Source: Octopus sinensis (lineage: Eukaryota). From it: a DNA stretch of 64,000 nucleotides. Location: assembly GCF_006345805.1 (NCBI RefSeq), contig NC_043002.1, forward strand, positions 20,150,001 through 20,214,000, given 5' to 3'. The notes beneath the pieces are model-generated. The model searched no databases. It was not told where the DNA came from and saw only the letters and a list, made by a program, of their open reading frames with translations. Shown piece by piece: positions 1 to 12,630 of the stretch. Positions within the stretch are counted from its first letter, which is position 1, and each line of letters opens with the position of its first letter. The translations under genes and the position numbers were made by a program.

Positions 1-822
1 TAGGGCTTGTGACAAAAATAGTACCCAGTACACTCTGTAAATTGGTTGACATTAGGAAGGGCATCCAGCCACAGAAACCATGCCAAAGCAGACACGGAGC
101 ACAGTGCTGTCCTGCAGTTCACTTGACCTGTCAAACCATCCAACCCATATCAGAGGGGAAAACAGGCCTGTTATACTTTAGTTAGTTGGAGAGGTTGAGT
201 AAAAATATGAGATGGGGAGAGAAATGTGAGTAGAGAAGAAAGAAGAGAGGAGTATAACAATACACTAAGGCCAAGTGCATCATGTGGTTAGTTGAAGGGA
301 GAGGTGAAGAGCAAAAGAAAAAAACAGTGAGAGAAGTGTTAATAACTTGCTGTAGGATGGAGGGGGAATGGTGAAGAGAAAGAGAGAAGACATGAAGTGG
401 GGAATTACATGGTTAAAAAGTTTGTTGAAGAAGTAGAGAGAAAGAGAGAAATATAAAGTGCTTAGCAGAGGGAAATTTTAAAATCATGTAATATATTATT
501 GTGACTGGAAGTGAAATAACTTAGCAAAATAAAAATGCAAACCTTCCTTTCTTTCTTAAATAGCTTCTCTTAATCACAGGTCCCTCTAATATTACATTAC
601 TAGAGCAAGTGTTTTGACATCATGTTGCTATTCATATTGTTAACAATGTACCTCAAAATGAAACAGGACATCTTGATAGCCCTCTTATCTGTGAAACATT
701 TTAAAATTATGGTAAGGTGTCTGGAATTTTAACTGTTTTCCTAAGTCGCTGTGTTTCTCTAAACCTTCATTTGCAATAGATCTGGATATAAAATATCTAT
801 TTTGTGTTATGTACATTTCCAG

Positions 823-960
823 ATGAAATTAATTCTGTTAACTGGTGCCACAATGAATATGAAGCTCCACTTGTATCAAGCAAAAAGAAGTATTTGCAGT
901 ATGGATGAAGATAGTTCTCTTTTAGGTTCCTATCCAGTTGAAGATGGCTACATTTTACAT
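823..960 (+). CDS. TBCB: Tubulin-folding cofactor B, internal exon (end of UBL domain); first exon visible in window
   Basis: ttccAG acceptor at 821-822, GTAAGT donor at 961; 138 nt, phase 0-0; MKLILLTGATMNMKLHLYQAKRSICSMDEDSSLLGSYPVEDGYILH resembles TBCB 'KLELLVG...LLGSYPVDDGCRIH'. Confidence 0.93.
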
Positions 961-1029
961 GTAAGTTCAAAGATTTTTTTTGTGAATTTTCCTAATGTTC
1001 TACTAGTACTAATGATAATGATAAGTTTT

Positions 1030-1600
1030 TAGGCACAAGAGCAATAATTTTGAAGGTGTGGGAATTCAGTGATATCATGATCTTGAGTACCTGACACCTG
1101 ATGACAAATTTGCTGAAGGAGAGCACTTTGCTCTCCACTCTCATTTTCTTTTCCAAATGAAACTTTAAAATGTTGATGAGGATGGGACCAAAGAGGAATG
1201 TGTCTGTTGTCAATCCATTCATGTTGCCCATCATACAACCCCTTTTGCCATAGCAACCAGACAGATGAACACTGCCTATTCTGCCTTGATAAAGGCAGGC
1301 AGTGAGGTGATCTTCACAATGATGTCAGCCATTAGCCAGGTTCTTCGTACACATTACAACAACTGTTCAAATCTACAAGCCAGCAATTCCAAGATGCTGC
1401 ATGAAAGTATGCAGTACATTTCATCACTCTGCATGCGTCTCAGACAGTCCCATCTAGCGGCACTTCTGTGCCTGTAGATTATCTCAGAGCAGTAGTTCCC
1501 CTTGGTAACACTGCCAAGCCAAGAATTTCTGGTAGCTGTCCATAGTAGTCTCTTCAGAAAAGAAGAGACCAGCCAGTTCATCCTCATTGACTGAGAATGC
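1030..1600 (-). mobile_element. Highly decayed LINE fragment (RTE-like C-terminus) in TBCB intron
   Basis: frameshifted pieces resembling 'LPA.I..RW.GHV.RM.DNRIP'; many stops. Confidence 0.3.
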
Positions 1601-3443
1601 TTTTACTCTTACTTACCACTGGTTTTCTCTATATTGTTAAAGTGGAGCTTCTACCATTTTGATGAGGAGGAAACCTTTAATTATATAAAATCCTACCACT
1701 TGGCTAGTACATATTTTATTAACCTTGGTATTATGTAAAGCTTAGTTAATCACAAAGGCAGTGAGCTGGCAGAATCATCGCACATCAGACAAAATGCTAA
1801 GCAGCATTTCTTTCTGCTCTTTAGATTTTGAGTCCAAACCCCAATGGTATCAGCTTTGCTTTCTGTCCCTTTGGGTCAGTAAAATGTAATACCAACCAAG
1901 AACTGAGGTTGATGTAATTGATTTATCCCTTTCCCTCAAAATTGCTTGCCTTAAACCCTGCAGTGAACCAGCTTCTCATTCAGTGAGATTATTGTGGTCT
2001 CTGTCACTTTTACATCTGCCATGGAAACCAAGTAGTCAACATTATGAGTCCTAAGGCTCAAGGGAAAAAAAAATAGAGATAAAAGCTTTACAAATACAAA
2101 GGGGTATAACTTAATATAACATGATAATTTTACTACCTAATCTGACATCTATAAAAGGCCACAAATTTTTTTGTGGCAAGGAATATAATCAATTATATCA
2201 ACTCCACTATAAGTCACCATATTTTATTGATCTTGGAAAGATGAATGGCAAAGTTGATCCCAATAGGATTTAAACTACAATGATGATAAAAATATTTCTA
2301 AGACTGATTATTGATCAGAAATTTGGAGAGAAGGGTGTTGTCATTGTACAGACACCAGTACATGACTGGTACCTATTTCATCAAACCAGGAAATATCCTT
2401 CTGTTCAATATTCTATTGCTTTATCACTGCTGTATTTGTAGCAGAAATTTCTATGGCACAGGTCCACAATTTAAAAGGCTGTGTCTAAGATCTGTTTTAT
2501 ATATTTATTAATAAACTATCTGTAATTGTGTCTGATTTGAGGATACAAATTACTTGAACAAAGTGATCCAGAAGTTACCAGTCATCAGTGCAGTTTCAAA
2601 AATCTCAGATTTTGTGACATTTGTAATTCCAGCCATCATATGACAAAAAGTAACCACAACTATTCACCACAAAATCCTGAGTCCACAATTCAAAACACTC
2701 TGGTATTTGACATCTCGATTATGACAAGTAGTAACTAGTGACATGATACTTTTAATAAGTCATGTCATTGTGTTCAATGACCAATGTACAAACTTTTAGA
2801 AATTTGGGAATGACACTTTTTATATTTGATGAAAGAGCTGTCTTATTGACTACCATATTTCCTGATTTTGCTTTTTTGTTAGGTTTAGATGCAGTACTGT
2901 TTTGCATTGAAAAATTCAAACAAATTGAAATTTAACAAATTTTCTGCTAATTTTTTATTTTAAACAAATTTGGCCATTATTTAGTCATTTTTGAATGAGA
3001 CATTGAAGGCACCTACTTATCTTCCAGTTAATGTTCTGAAATTTTAACAGAAACACTAAATTTTACCTATTTATGGCCAAATGTAAAATGTGTAACAAAA
3101 TATGTAAAAATGTGTGAACTTTTCTATCTATTTTCATTACTATGTGAGTCTATGTTATAAGGTAATAGTTATACAGTTGATAAAGGTAACACTTTTGTTG
3201 CATGACTCAACTGGAGAAAAACCTTTTTAAAGTAACTATCTGTACAGTATGTGAAGTGCAAGTTCCTATTATGGTAAACTCCCCTCATCCTACCAACTCT
3301 GCAGCTTTTCTTTCAATATTTTGTGTAATAAAGGTGACTGCTATAGCATTTCTATCTAGCTCACATTTTCCTGCACTATTTACAAATACAAAATACTATC
3401 ATGTACTCATATAGCTTTCATCCTTAAACCCTTCATATTACAG

Positions 3444-3537
3444 GTGACTGATGATTCTGTAACTCCTGTTGATTATGTAGAGTGTGACGTAGAGAATCGC
3501 TATCAAATGTCAGAAACAGAATATGCCAAAAAGTCAG
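3444..3537 (+). CDS. TBCB: TBCB internal exon
   Basis: CAG acceptor 3441-3443, GT donor 3538; 94 nt; VTDDSVTPVDYVECDVENRYQMSETEYAKKS; phase joins both neighbours. Confidence 0.9.
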
Positions 3538-3689
3538 GTAAATTTTATTATTATTTTTTGTTAATATTTTTTGTGTTATGTAAATATTGGCACTTTGTGT
3601 GTATGTGTGTGAGAATACACCCAGAGGGTGAACAGGTTGGAGAGAGTTCAAAGAGTTATTAATTACCACAATTAGTAACCAGGTCTCTC

Positions 3690-4060
3690 TCTCAGGGTGA
3701 AATGTAGACTGTAGGATGCTCGTGAATGAATGTCTCACTATGTGGTAGTGAGGTGTGGGCCCTGAATACTGAGGAATTGCAAAGACTAGAAAGAAATGAA
3801 CTAAGGATGTTCTGTTGGATATGTAATGTCACTGAACATGAATGCTAAAATATAATTATGTTGAGAAAAATTAGGCATAAGAGGAATCAGATATAGTGGG
3901 TATGTGATGCATATAAAGGCAATTATATAAAGAAGTGCCACTCGTTGAAAGTGGGTGAAACCTGTGGAAAAGGAAAACCCAAGAAGACAAGGGATGAAGT
4001 AGTGAAAGCTGATTTCATGGAGATCATCTCATGGAGGAGATGTTAATAAACCAAGATGAT
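3690..4060 (+). mobile_element. RTE LINE ORF C-terminal fragment
   Basis: reads ...LLCGSEVWALNTEELQRLERNELRMFCWICNV...GKPKKTRDEVVKAD, same family as 44385-44965. Confidence 0.7.
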
Positions 4061-4127
4061 TGAAAAATTCTTGTATTTGAGAAGAACCGTAATAAAGAAG
4101 CTGTATTTTTGCCATTTTCATTTGCAG

Positions 4128-4260
4128 ATAATTTCCGGGCTTACAAAGAAAAGAATTTAAAAAATCTTTCTGAATTGAAAAACACAGAAAATTTAAAGCA
4201 GAATGAAGATAAAGAAAAAGAGGAGGAGAAACTAACTGAATCATTTAAAATAGGAGACAG
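4128..4260 (+). CDS. TBCB: TBCB internal exon (charged linker into CAP-Gly)
   Basis: tttgCAG acceptor, GTAAAA donor at 4261; 133 nt; DNFRAYKEKNLKNLSELKNTENLKQNEDKEKEEEKLTESFKIGDR, phases consistent. Confidence 0.9.
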
Positions 4261-5169
4261 GTAAAAAAAATTTTACTGAAAATGTGAGATATATTGTGTT
4301 ATTTATATTTGTTTCCTGTTAATAGATTTAGCTATGAGGTCAGGAGTTGAAGATTTGCTATAGTCACTACATTCTGCTTGTATCCATGGACCTCTATGTA
4401 GTCATTTAGCCTGCTTGAAATAACAACCACATCTTCCCTCAAATCACACAACTTTAAAAAAAAGAATGACCTCCTTGGGTAATGTAGTCCTGGATACATT
4501 AAGTCTGAACAAAAGACAATTGGCGGTAGCTTGAACACCTTAAATTACAGATCTGGTTAATAATGGCTGATATGGAGTCAAATATAAGCTATAAGCATCA
4601 TGTAGTAGTTACTACTACATGATCTGAATCCAAAAGAAGGTCATTCAACAGACTGGCAAAGATTGAATAACCAACAAGCTTCAGTCACTGGCTAACAGGT
4701 ATGTTATCTTCTATAACAGTCAGGGGTAAACTGTAGCCTACATGACTTTCTAAATAGTGTGCCTAATGAAAACTTTTCTTGTATTTTTTTTAGTAATGTA
4801 GTCTGCCTTATGATGAACCATGTCACATGCAGTTCTACAGCAATGAACTGCTTCTCTAAACATGTTAATTGCATACCTACTTCACTCAGCCTTGCTCATT
4901 CTACCCATCTTTTCCCCTTTTGTTGCCTTTACTATGTTTCACTTCCCAGGCCCCACACTAAACACTATTCAATACTTTTTCTTCTCATAATGTGGCCCAC
5001 TGGACTGTCTTCTTTATTCATATTTTTTTCTAGATACCAATCTGCAGATGTTTCACTGAACATCAGCTAACTCAATCTCACCTGTCTAGAGTGACCTGCA
5101 AAAGTCATTGGCATTATCCTTCTGCACATGACTATTCATTTTTTTTTTTCATCTAGTTTCAGCTCACGA

Positions 5170-5480
5170 GCTGTGACCATGCGGGGGCACCGCCATTTGG
5201 TGTTGCTACATAATTTTACTTCACGAATGTTTTTTAGCAATTGACATTTGGTGCATGAGACAGTTTGATGCAGCTGCCCTCATCTGCACCTCCTGCCGCG
5301 AAGTTGGTTCGTCTGGGACACCTGACAAGAAGAGGTCCAGCTTTATTTTGAAGACACCTACATCCACCCCATGCAGGTCTCTCAGGTCCTTCAGGAGGAC
5401 ATTGAAGAGCTGTGGACCTCTGAAGCCCAGGCTATTGCAGTATCTTAATAATGAAAATAGAAACTGGGAGTCTTGATGTG
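5170..5480 (-). mobile_element. CR1/L2-like LINE 3' end
   Basis: minus frame RYCNSLGFRGPQLFNVLLKDLRDLHGVDVGVFKIKLDLFLSGVPDEP, typical LINE ORF2 C-terminus. Confidence 0.65.
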
Positions 5481-5959
5481 ATTCATCATCATCATCAACC
5501 CTTGTACATTACTGCCTTGAGTCACAAGACTTGTAGGATCAGTTTCCATGGCCTATAAATGTTGACAATTACAGCATTCCCCAGAAGCATACTCCAGCCC
5601 ATCATAGGGTTACTCATTTACCCTGAGTGGACTAGAATAGTATGAAGTGAAGTACTTTGCTCAAGAACACAACACACTGCTCATTCTATGAATGAAAATC
5701 ACAGTCATGCAATCGTAAATATAATACCCTGACCACCAGGCCGTGCACTTTGGCTGTGATTGACCAGTCAAATATTTCCGAAATCACTCTCAACCACAAA
5801 ATGTTTTTTTTAGTTATGTCCCTTTACGTTCTGGCACTCTAAGCGCAAATTTCTTGAGTTCGCCATTCATCTTTCTGCTGTTGATAGACTTAGTACCAAT
5901 ATTGATTCATTCATATCCTACAAATCTATGGCCTTATGCCTCAGAAATTATTATTGTTA

Positions 5960-6308
5960 TTGAACGTGGCCGTTGCCAGTGCCGCCCTGACTGGCTTCCG
6001 TGCCGGTGGCACGTAAAAAGCACCATCCGATCGTGGCTGTTGCCAGCCTCGCCTGGCCTCCGTGCCGGTGGCACATAAAAAGCACCATCCGACCGTGGCC
6101 GTTTGCCAGACTTGTCTGGCACCTGTGCAGGTGGCATGTAAAAAGCACCCACTACCCTCATGGAGTGGTTGGCATTAGGAAGGGCATCCAGCCGTAGAAA
6201 CATTGCCAGATCAGACTGGGTCTGGTGCAGCCTTCTGGCTTCCCAGACCCCAGTTGCACCGTCCAACCCATGCCAGCATGGAAAGCGGACGCTAAACCAT
6301 GATGATGA
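5960..6308 (+). mobile_element. RTE-type 3' tail element with internal GGTGGCACGTAAAAAGCACC repeats and (GAT)n tail
   Basis: same sequence at 6686-6830, 10135-10572, 21650-21820, 30590-30860, 45420-46025, 59945-60690; GGATGCCCTTCCTAA motif in antisense. Confidence 0.8.
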
Positions 6309-6509
6309 TTGTTATTCAAATTCCACCAAGTTCAGCTTTACTTTTCATTCTTTCAGAGTCAATAAAATAAGTACCAATCAAGTACTGGGACCAATGTAAT
6401 CAACTTGCCCCCCTCCCACAAAATTTCAAGCCTTGTGCCTATAGTAAAAAGGATTATTATTATTGTTGTTGTTATCATAGTCATTATTGTTATTTCTCTT
6501 TTTCAATAG

Positions 6510-6565
6510 ATGTAAAGCAGAAGTTAAAAACCAGCCTCCTCGAACTGGAACAATAAAATATCTTG
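6510..6565 (+). CDS. TBCB: TBCB internal exon (CAP-Gly start)
   Basis: TAG acceptor, GTATGT donor; 56 nt; (R)CKAEVKNQPPRTGTIKYL(G) matches CAP-Gly 'RCEV...RRGTVMYVG'. Confidence 0.92.
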
Positions 6566-7628
6566 GTATGTATATTGTTCTTATCTTGTGTTGATCTTTT
6601 ATTGATTAACAGAATCATTAAAATGTCAGACAGAATTCCTTACAATATTTAGTTGTTATGGTTCTTTGTATTTTGAGTTTTCGCGGAGTGGTTGGCGTTA
6701 GGAAGGGCATCCAGCTGTAGAAACACTGCCAGATCAGACTGGAGCCTGGTGCAGCCCCTGGCTTCCCAGACCCCGGTCGAACTGTCCAACCCGTGCTAGG
6801 GTGGAAAACGGACGTTAAACGGTGATGATGATCCTTCTTAGGTCATCTTTGCTTTTCATCCACCTGTCTATTGCATAAGATATTTGCAACATGAGTTAGA
6901 TTATTTTGTAGAGCAGAGGTTTTCTACCATTTTTTCCCTGTGAGCCCCTTAGTTTCCTATTTTATTCTGGTAGACCCCCATAGCCATTTGATGTTTAAAA
7001 ACTAGTTTATGGATACTTCTTTCAAAATTCCTATTTTGTTAATCACACATTAAGTTGTGTAGGTTGAAACTATGTAAAACATCAGAGAAAGAAACCGAGC
7101 TGTTTCTTGCAATACATACATCTAAAGCAAAATCTTTTCATGAACCCATAAAATTCTACTATGGACCCAATGTACTATTTTTCTTGTGTGGCCCCCAGAA
7201 ATCTTTTTATGGACCCTAGTTGAGAACCCTTAGTGTAGAACATGTGGTGCGTGGGTTGTGTTGGGTGATGATTCATGTTTTGTATGTGTGCTGTGAAGGT
7301 TGTGTTAGGTTATTACTTAGTACTTCTGTAGAATAGGAGTTGGCAGTATAGTGTGGAGAAGGAAGTGCCTCTTCCCAGCAAACTTCTTGAAAGGTGGATG
7401 AGATTTCATGCATGGTTTGAGTTAGTGGACCTACTCTGAGCATGCTCCTGTAGACTGGAGAAGGACAACTAAGAGAGACCAATGTTTTAAGGGGTTTCCA
7501 CATGTAATCCCCAGTGATCTTTAATCAGTAGAGCATTGGACAAAATATCTTATTTTCAATGTCATGTTTTTGTTTTTTCCTTGTATATTTTATTTGTTAT
7601 TTCATCATGACTTGTATTTTACTTCAAG

Positions 7629-7701
7629 GTCTTACTGACTTCCAGCCTGGTCACTGGGTTGGAATACAATATGACGAGCCTGTTGGAAAAAATGATGGCA
7701 G
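7629..7701 (+). CDS. TBCB: TBCB internal exon (CAP-Gly core)
   Basis: AAG acceptor, GTAGGA donor; 73 nt; [24 protein letters not shown](S) contains the CAP-Gly GKNDG motif. Confidence 0.96.
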
Positions 7702-7954
7702 GTAGGAAAAACATTATCACTATCATCATCATCAAGGTGGTAACCTGGCAGAATCCTTACCACACCAGACAAAATGCTTAACAGCATTTCAGCCATCTTG
7801 TTCTGAGTCCCAATTCCGCTGAGGTTATTGTCTTTCATCCTTTTGGGATCAATAATTAAACCAGTCAAGCATTGGAGTCAATGCAATCAACTAGTTATTC
7901 CCAACCAAAATTTCAAGCCTTGTTCCTTTAGTAGAAAGGACTACTACTACTATT

Positions 7955-8440
7955 ATTAGTCTATGTTTGACTTTTGCTTTACATTTGCACAAGCTGGCTC
8001 CAAGTCTCACCCAGAGACCTCAAGAGACAACAAGTTGGAAGTTCGTGTTGGTGTTATGCCTAGGGTGCCATATATTTGGTTTTGTACTTAGTGTTGTACT
8101 AGTGAATGTCTAAAAAAACCATATGAAAATTATGTTTGTTTTAAAACTTGAGATTACATAGAAAGTATTTTGCATAGTATATGAGCAGTTCCCATGAGCA
8201 CTATCTTTTGAATTTCTGCCATTTTGGGGTTTCCTGATATCTGAGTTAGGTAGCAATCAGCCCCTTTTGCTATCATTCCCAGGGCACCTATGACAACAGG
8301 TATTGTTTTAGTCTTCAGGTTCCACATTTTGCTGATTTCTATTTCAAGATCTTTGTACTTGCTCAGATTATGGTAGGTCTTGACAGATACGTTTATATCG
8401 ATTGGGACAGTCATATCAATGAGGAGGCTTGTTTTTTTTT
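7955..8440 (-). mobile_element. R4/Dong-like non-LTR element 3' end (restriction-like endonuclease C-terminus)
   Basis: ORF 8154-8414 nearly identical to C-terminus of ORF 25412-25975; 3' UTR shared with 25976-26170. Confidence 0.85.
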
Positions 8441-10134
8441 TCCATCATCATCATCATCCTCCACTTAACAGATTAGACTGTTGGAAAAGAAAAGAATCCT
8501 AACATCGGGCTACAACATGTAGCCTTAGATGTCAAGAACCCTCTTATTGGGTTACAGCAAGTAACCTTAGATGCCAAGAACCCTCCTAAGTATCCTAGTT
8601 GTCCCTAATAACACTGTTATTATTATTAATAATAATAGTAATAATAAAAGATCTGGAAATAGAGATGACCCATGTGGAGCCTAAAAGCGAAAACAATCTC
8701 TGTAATAATAGGTGTTTGTGAAATGATCAAAACACATGCAGGAAAACATGCACACAAATACATAACCACAATTCCAGAACTTATAAAACAATATACATAA
8801 CATTGAGAAAATATGCTAAGTATTGCACACAGAGCTGTGCTTGGTAGCAGAATGAAAACACTCAATAAAAATACTACTAATAATAATAATAAGTCAAGGC
8901 TAGCAATTTTGATGGTTGGTGACAAGTTGATTACATCAACTCCAGTACTTGATTGGTACTTTATTTTATTGACAGTGAAAAGATAAAAGGCAAAGTTAAC
9001 CTTGTTATCATATGTATTCGAAACATAAAGAGCTGGAAGAAATGTCACTAAGCATTTTGCCTGATGCACTAGCAATTCTGCCAGTTTGCCCCCACATACC
9101 CACCCCAAAACATTTAGTGGAATTTCCAATTGACCATGCCTCCACTCTTCTCTCACACCCTTGCAAACTTTACCCGCCTACTCTTTCCAATCTTCTGTCA
9201 CAATTCTCTCTTCTACTTACTTTCTTGTACCTAAGGAACATAGCTGTACACCTTGTCACCATACACTTTATCTCTGGCCACACACACGCAAGAACACAAA
9301 GACCAACTGTTCCTGTGTATTGACATGAAATTCTTCCATGACTGACTTCTAGTTTTAATTGGGTGATATGGAGTGGGAGGTTTTAATTAAGTATCAGTCA
9401 TGTACTGGAGTAGGTGTCAAGCTGGCAGAATCATTAGCGTGTTGGACAAAATGCTTAGCAGTATTTGTTGTGGCTCTTTACATTGTGTTCAAATCCCATC
9501 AAGAGGACAAAAAATAGATTTTATACTCATAATTCTTTTTTTTTTTTGTTCTTGTGTTGGCCACATTTTAAAAGCTTGACACTATTTTAATTTTATTAAA
9601 CCTGATAATTTGTCCAGTCTCCTCACCCCTTTTCAATACTCATAGCCCCACCCCTATGTAAAACACTGGTCTAGAATGTTTGTGTGGTGTGTGTATACAG
9701 CAACAGCAGCAGTGTTTCTGAGGTTGGGACTATTTTCATTATAGTATGACTACATGGTAAGAAGCTTGTTTCACAACTACATGGTTTCAGGTTCAATCCC
9801 AATACATGCACCTTGGGTAAGTTTCTTCTAAAGCCTTGTGAGTGGATTTGGGAGACAAAAGCTGAAAGAAGCCCATTGTGTGTGTGGGTATGTGTGTTAT
9901 TGTCACTTACCCTTAACTTCATGTGATAGCTTTAAAACAAATGTCACCATCATGTAAGCAGTGTCCTTTGTTTACAGTCTTTAAAATCATGTAGTCATGG
10001 GAAAATATGTTGCTTGGAAACAGACGAGGGTTGGTGACAGGAAGGGCATCCAGGCATAGAAAATCTGTCCAACCCATGCAAGTTTGGAATGGTAGATGTT
10101 AAAAGCAATAAAAAGAAATGTATCTGGAGATATG

Positions 10135-10572
10135 CTGTGACTGCGAAGACCCGACAAATAATGTGAGTTCATGGCTGTTTCCTGCACCAGCTTCACATAG
10201 CAGCCACAGCACATCCAAAGTACCTTGGATCACAAGACGGCCTGCTGTGCTTACCTTGGATTGTAGGATGACCTGCTGTGCTTGAGGGGACCTATTGAGT
10301 CAAGTACATAAACATCAAAATAAAAATCAAATGGAAATTGTAGTTGTGATACTTGTGTTGGTGGCACGTAAAAAGCACCAACCAATCGTGGCCGTTGCAC
10401 ATAAAAGCACCCACTACACTCACAGAGTGGTTGGTGTTAGGAAGGACATCCAGCTGTAGAAACACTGCCTGATCAGACTGGAGCCTGGTGCAGCCTCCTG
10501 GCTTCTCAGACCCTGGTCGAACCATCCAACCCATGCTAGCATGGAAAACGTACGTTAAACGATGATGATGAA
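10135..10572 (+). mobile_element. RTE LINE 3' UTR and tail
   Basis: matches sequence downstream of RTE ORF at 44905-44965 and 60120-60690; ends GATGATGATG. Confidence 0.8.
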
Positions 10573-10846
10573 GAAAATGTTACTTGTTCTTTGTATAGAT
10601 ACTGTAGCTATTCATATCTGAGTATTTGTTGTGGCTTTGAAGAGTCATTGAGTTGCTGTTCATGCTATATGATAAATGTGAGATCGTCACTGATTGTGAT
10701 GTGTAACATTTGAAGTGATTTTGAGGGGTTTGATTGTGTATAGCTCCAAACTAGAAAGCATGCGGTATCATATTGTTTTCTTAATTGAATTATGTTATGC
10801 TTGTGTCTGTTATTTAAGTTTTATTTGTGTTTTCTTTTTCTTCCAG

Positions 10847-10958
10847 TGTCAAAGGTAAACGGTATTTTGAATGCCTCATGAAGTATGGTGGATTTGTACG
10901 ACCAAGTTCTGTTACTGTTGGTTACTTCCCTGAGCCAGATGACATTGATGAATTTTGA
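10847..10958 (+). CDS. TBCB: TBCB last coding exon
   Basis: polypyrimidine tract + CAG; (S)[36 protein letters not shown] ending in TGA 10956-10958; AATAAA at 10996-11001. Confidence 0.96.
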
Positions 10959-11139
10959 GATGGCAAATGAAAAAGATGTAATACAAAATCAGAAAAATAA
11001 ACATATATACATATATATTTAGAAGTACATCTGCATTCATACACATTCTCCCTTGCACTCATATTTATTTATGAATGTGTGAGAGTTGTGTATGTATGTA
11101 TATGTGTTTGTGTTTATATATGTATATATGAATATTTGA

Positions 11140-11179
<40 letters not shown>

Positions 11180-11629
11180 GTATGTATATTATATACATAT
11201 ATTAAATAGTGGATGTTACAGAGTGACTCAAGGGTTGAGAGTTTCCTGCATTAGCACTTATCAAACTAGTTTCAAATTATGGGAATTGCATTTATATAAG
11301 CCAACTAAAATGATAAATATAATTCTCTGGTTTGTGCTAGGATACATTATAAAAATAATTGCTATGTCACATTAATAATGTGTATTTTTTCAAAAACTTT
11401 GCCTGTTAAGCACTTCAGTAAGTAAATAAATAAGCTAAAATAGGGTTACAGGAGGGGTATACATGCACTTATATTCACACAAATGGGCCTATTTATATAT
11501 ATGCATGCATAAACATACATACATATATATATACACACATACAACTACATGTGTATATAAATGTGTGTGTGTGTGTATGCACATGCATATATAAGCATGT
11601 GTGTCTATATATATAGATATGTGGATAGA

Positions 11630-11955
11630 TGTCTCCCCCCTCCTCACCTATCCTTTCTCCCCCCGACCCCTACTTCTTCAGTCCTTCATCCTTTCACCCC
11701 TACTCCTCTTTCTCCCTCCCTCTTCCCCTTCCCTCTGCTCCCTCACTCCCTCTCTCCCCCTCTCCCTCTTTCCTCCTTCATCCCCCTCCTCCCCTTCCTT
11801 CTCCCCATCCTCTCCTCTTCCCCTTCTCCTCCCCTCTTCTTCCCCTCCCCTTCTCCCCCTCCCCCTCTTCTTCCCCTCCCCTTCTCCCCCCCTCTTCTCC
11901 CCCTCCCCCTCTTCTCCCCCTCCCCCTCTTCTCCCCCTCCCCCTCTTCTCCTCAC
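11630..11955. repeat. C/T-only low-complexity tract (CTCCCCCT-like units)
   Basis: about 320 bp almost devoid of purines on the + strand. Confidence 0.9.
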
Positions 11956-12329
11956 TACACCACATGACTTTACACATCACATCACATATGATGTGCCATA
12001 CTAATACACACACCAACTAATACATACTAATACGTACTAATACATACTAATACTTACACCAACCCTATACATACACACGTCCAGACCCCGCATATGCACT
12101 TATACTCTCTCACACACACATACCTATACGTACTAATACATACTAATACATACTAATACATACACCAACCCCATACATACGCACGTCCAGACCAATCTTA
12201 CGCACTAATACTCTCTCATACACACACACACACACACACACCCTTATACATACTAATACATACATCAACCCTATACATACACACATCCAGACCCCTCCCA
12301 CGCACTTTTAGCTGGTCCCTCAACCCGTT

Positions 12330-12630
12330 TATCAACCCTATTATCTCCCCTTATTTCGCTCTCGCGTCTCATGTTTGATCTTTGACCTCTGGCCGAAATC
12401 AGATCGCCATGTTGATTCGTTAGCTACTGCACGCATTTTTTTTCTCTCCTTCTTTCTGTGTTTTTCTCTCTCTGTGTATCTTTCTGTTGAAGAGCGTAGG
12501 CTCGAAACGTTAAAGACTTGTTTTATTTATATTTCCTGAGCGCCATACTAATACAATTGTTCGTTTGTTTTCCACCTGCCTTCGTCTTTTGTTTATTTTC
12601 ATAAAGCTTCCCATTATATAAAATTAGTGT
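12330..12630 (+). mobile_element. Short non-autonomous repeat carrying a hammerhead motif (Penelope pLTR-like)
   Basis: related copies on minus at 37075-37265 and 41190-41360; contains motif at 12479-12516. Confidence 0.55.
12479..12516 (+). ncRNA. Minimal type-I hammerhead ribozyme motif (core variant CUGUUGA)
   Basis: TCTTT-CTGTTGA-A-GAGC(GTAG)GCTC-GAAAC-GTT-AAAGA: 5-bp stem I, 4-bp stem II, palindromic ACGU stem III. Confidence 0.65.

Noticed and set aside
11561-12020. Pro/Ser/Leu-rich and Gly/Arg/Glu-rich ORFs
   Set aside because: Products of the C/T low-complexity tract.
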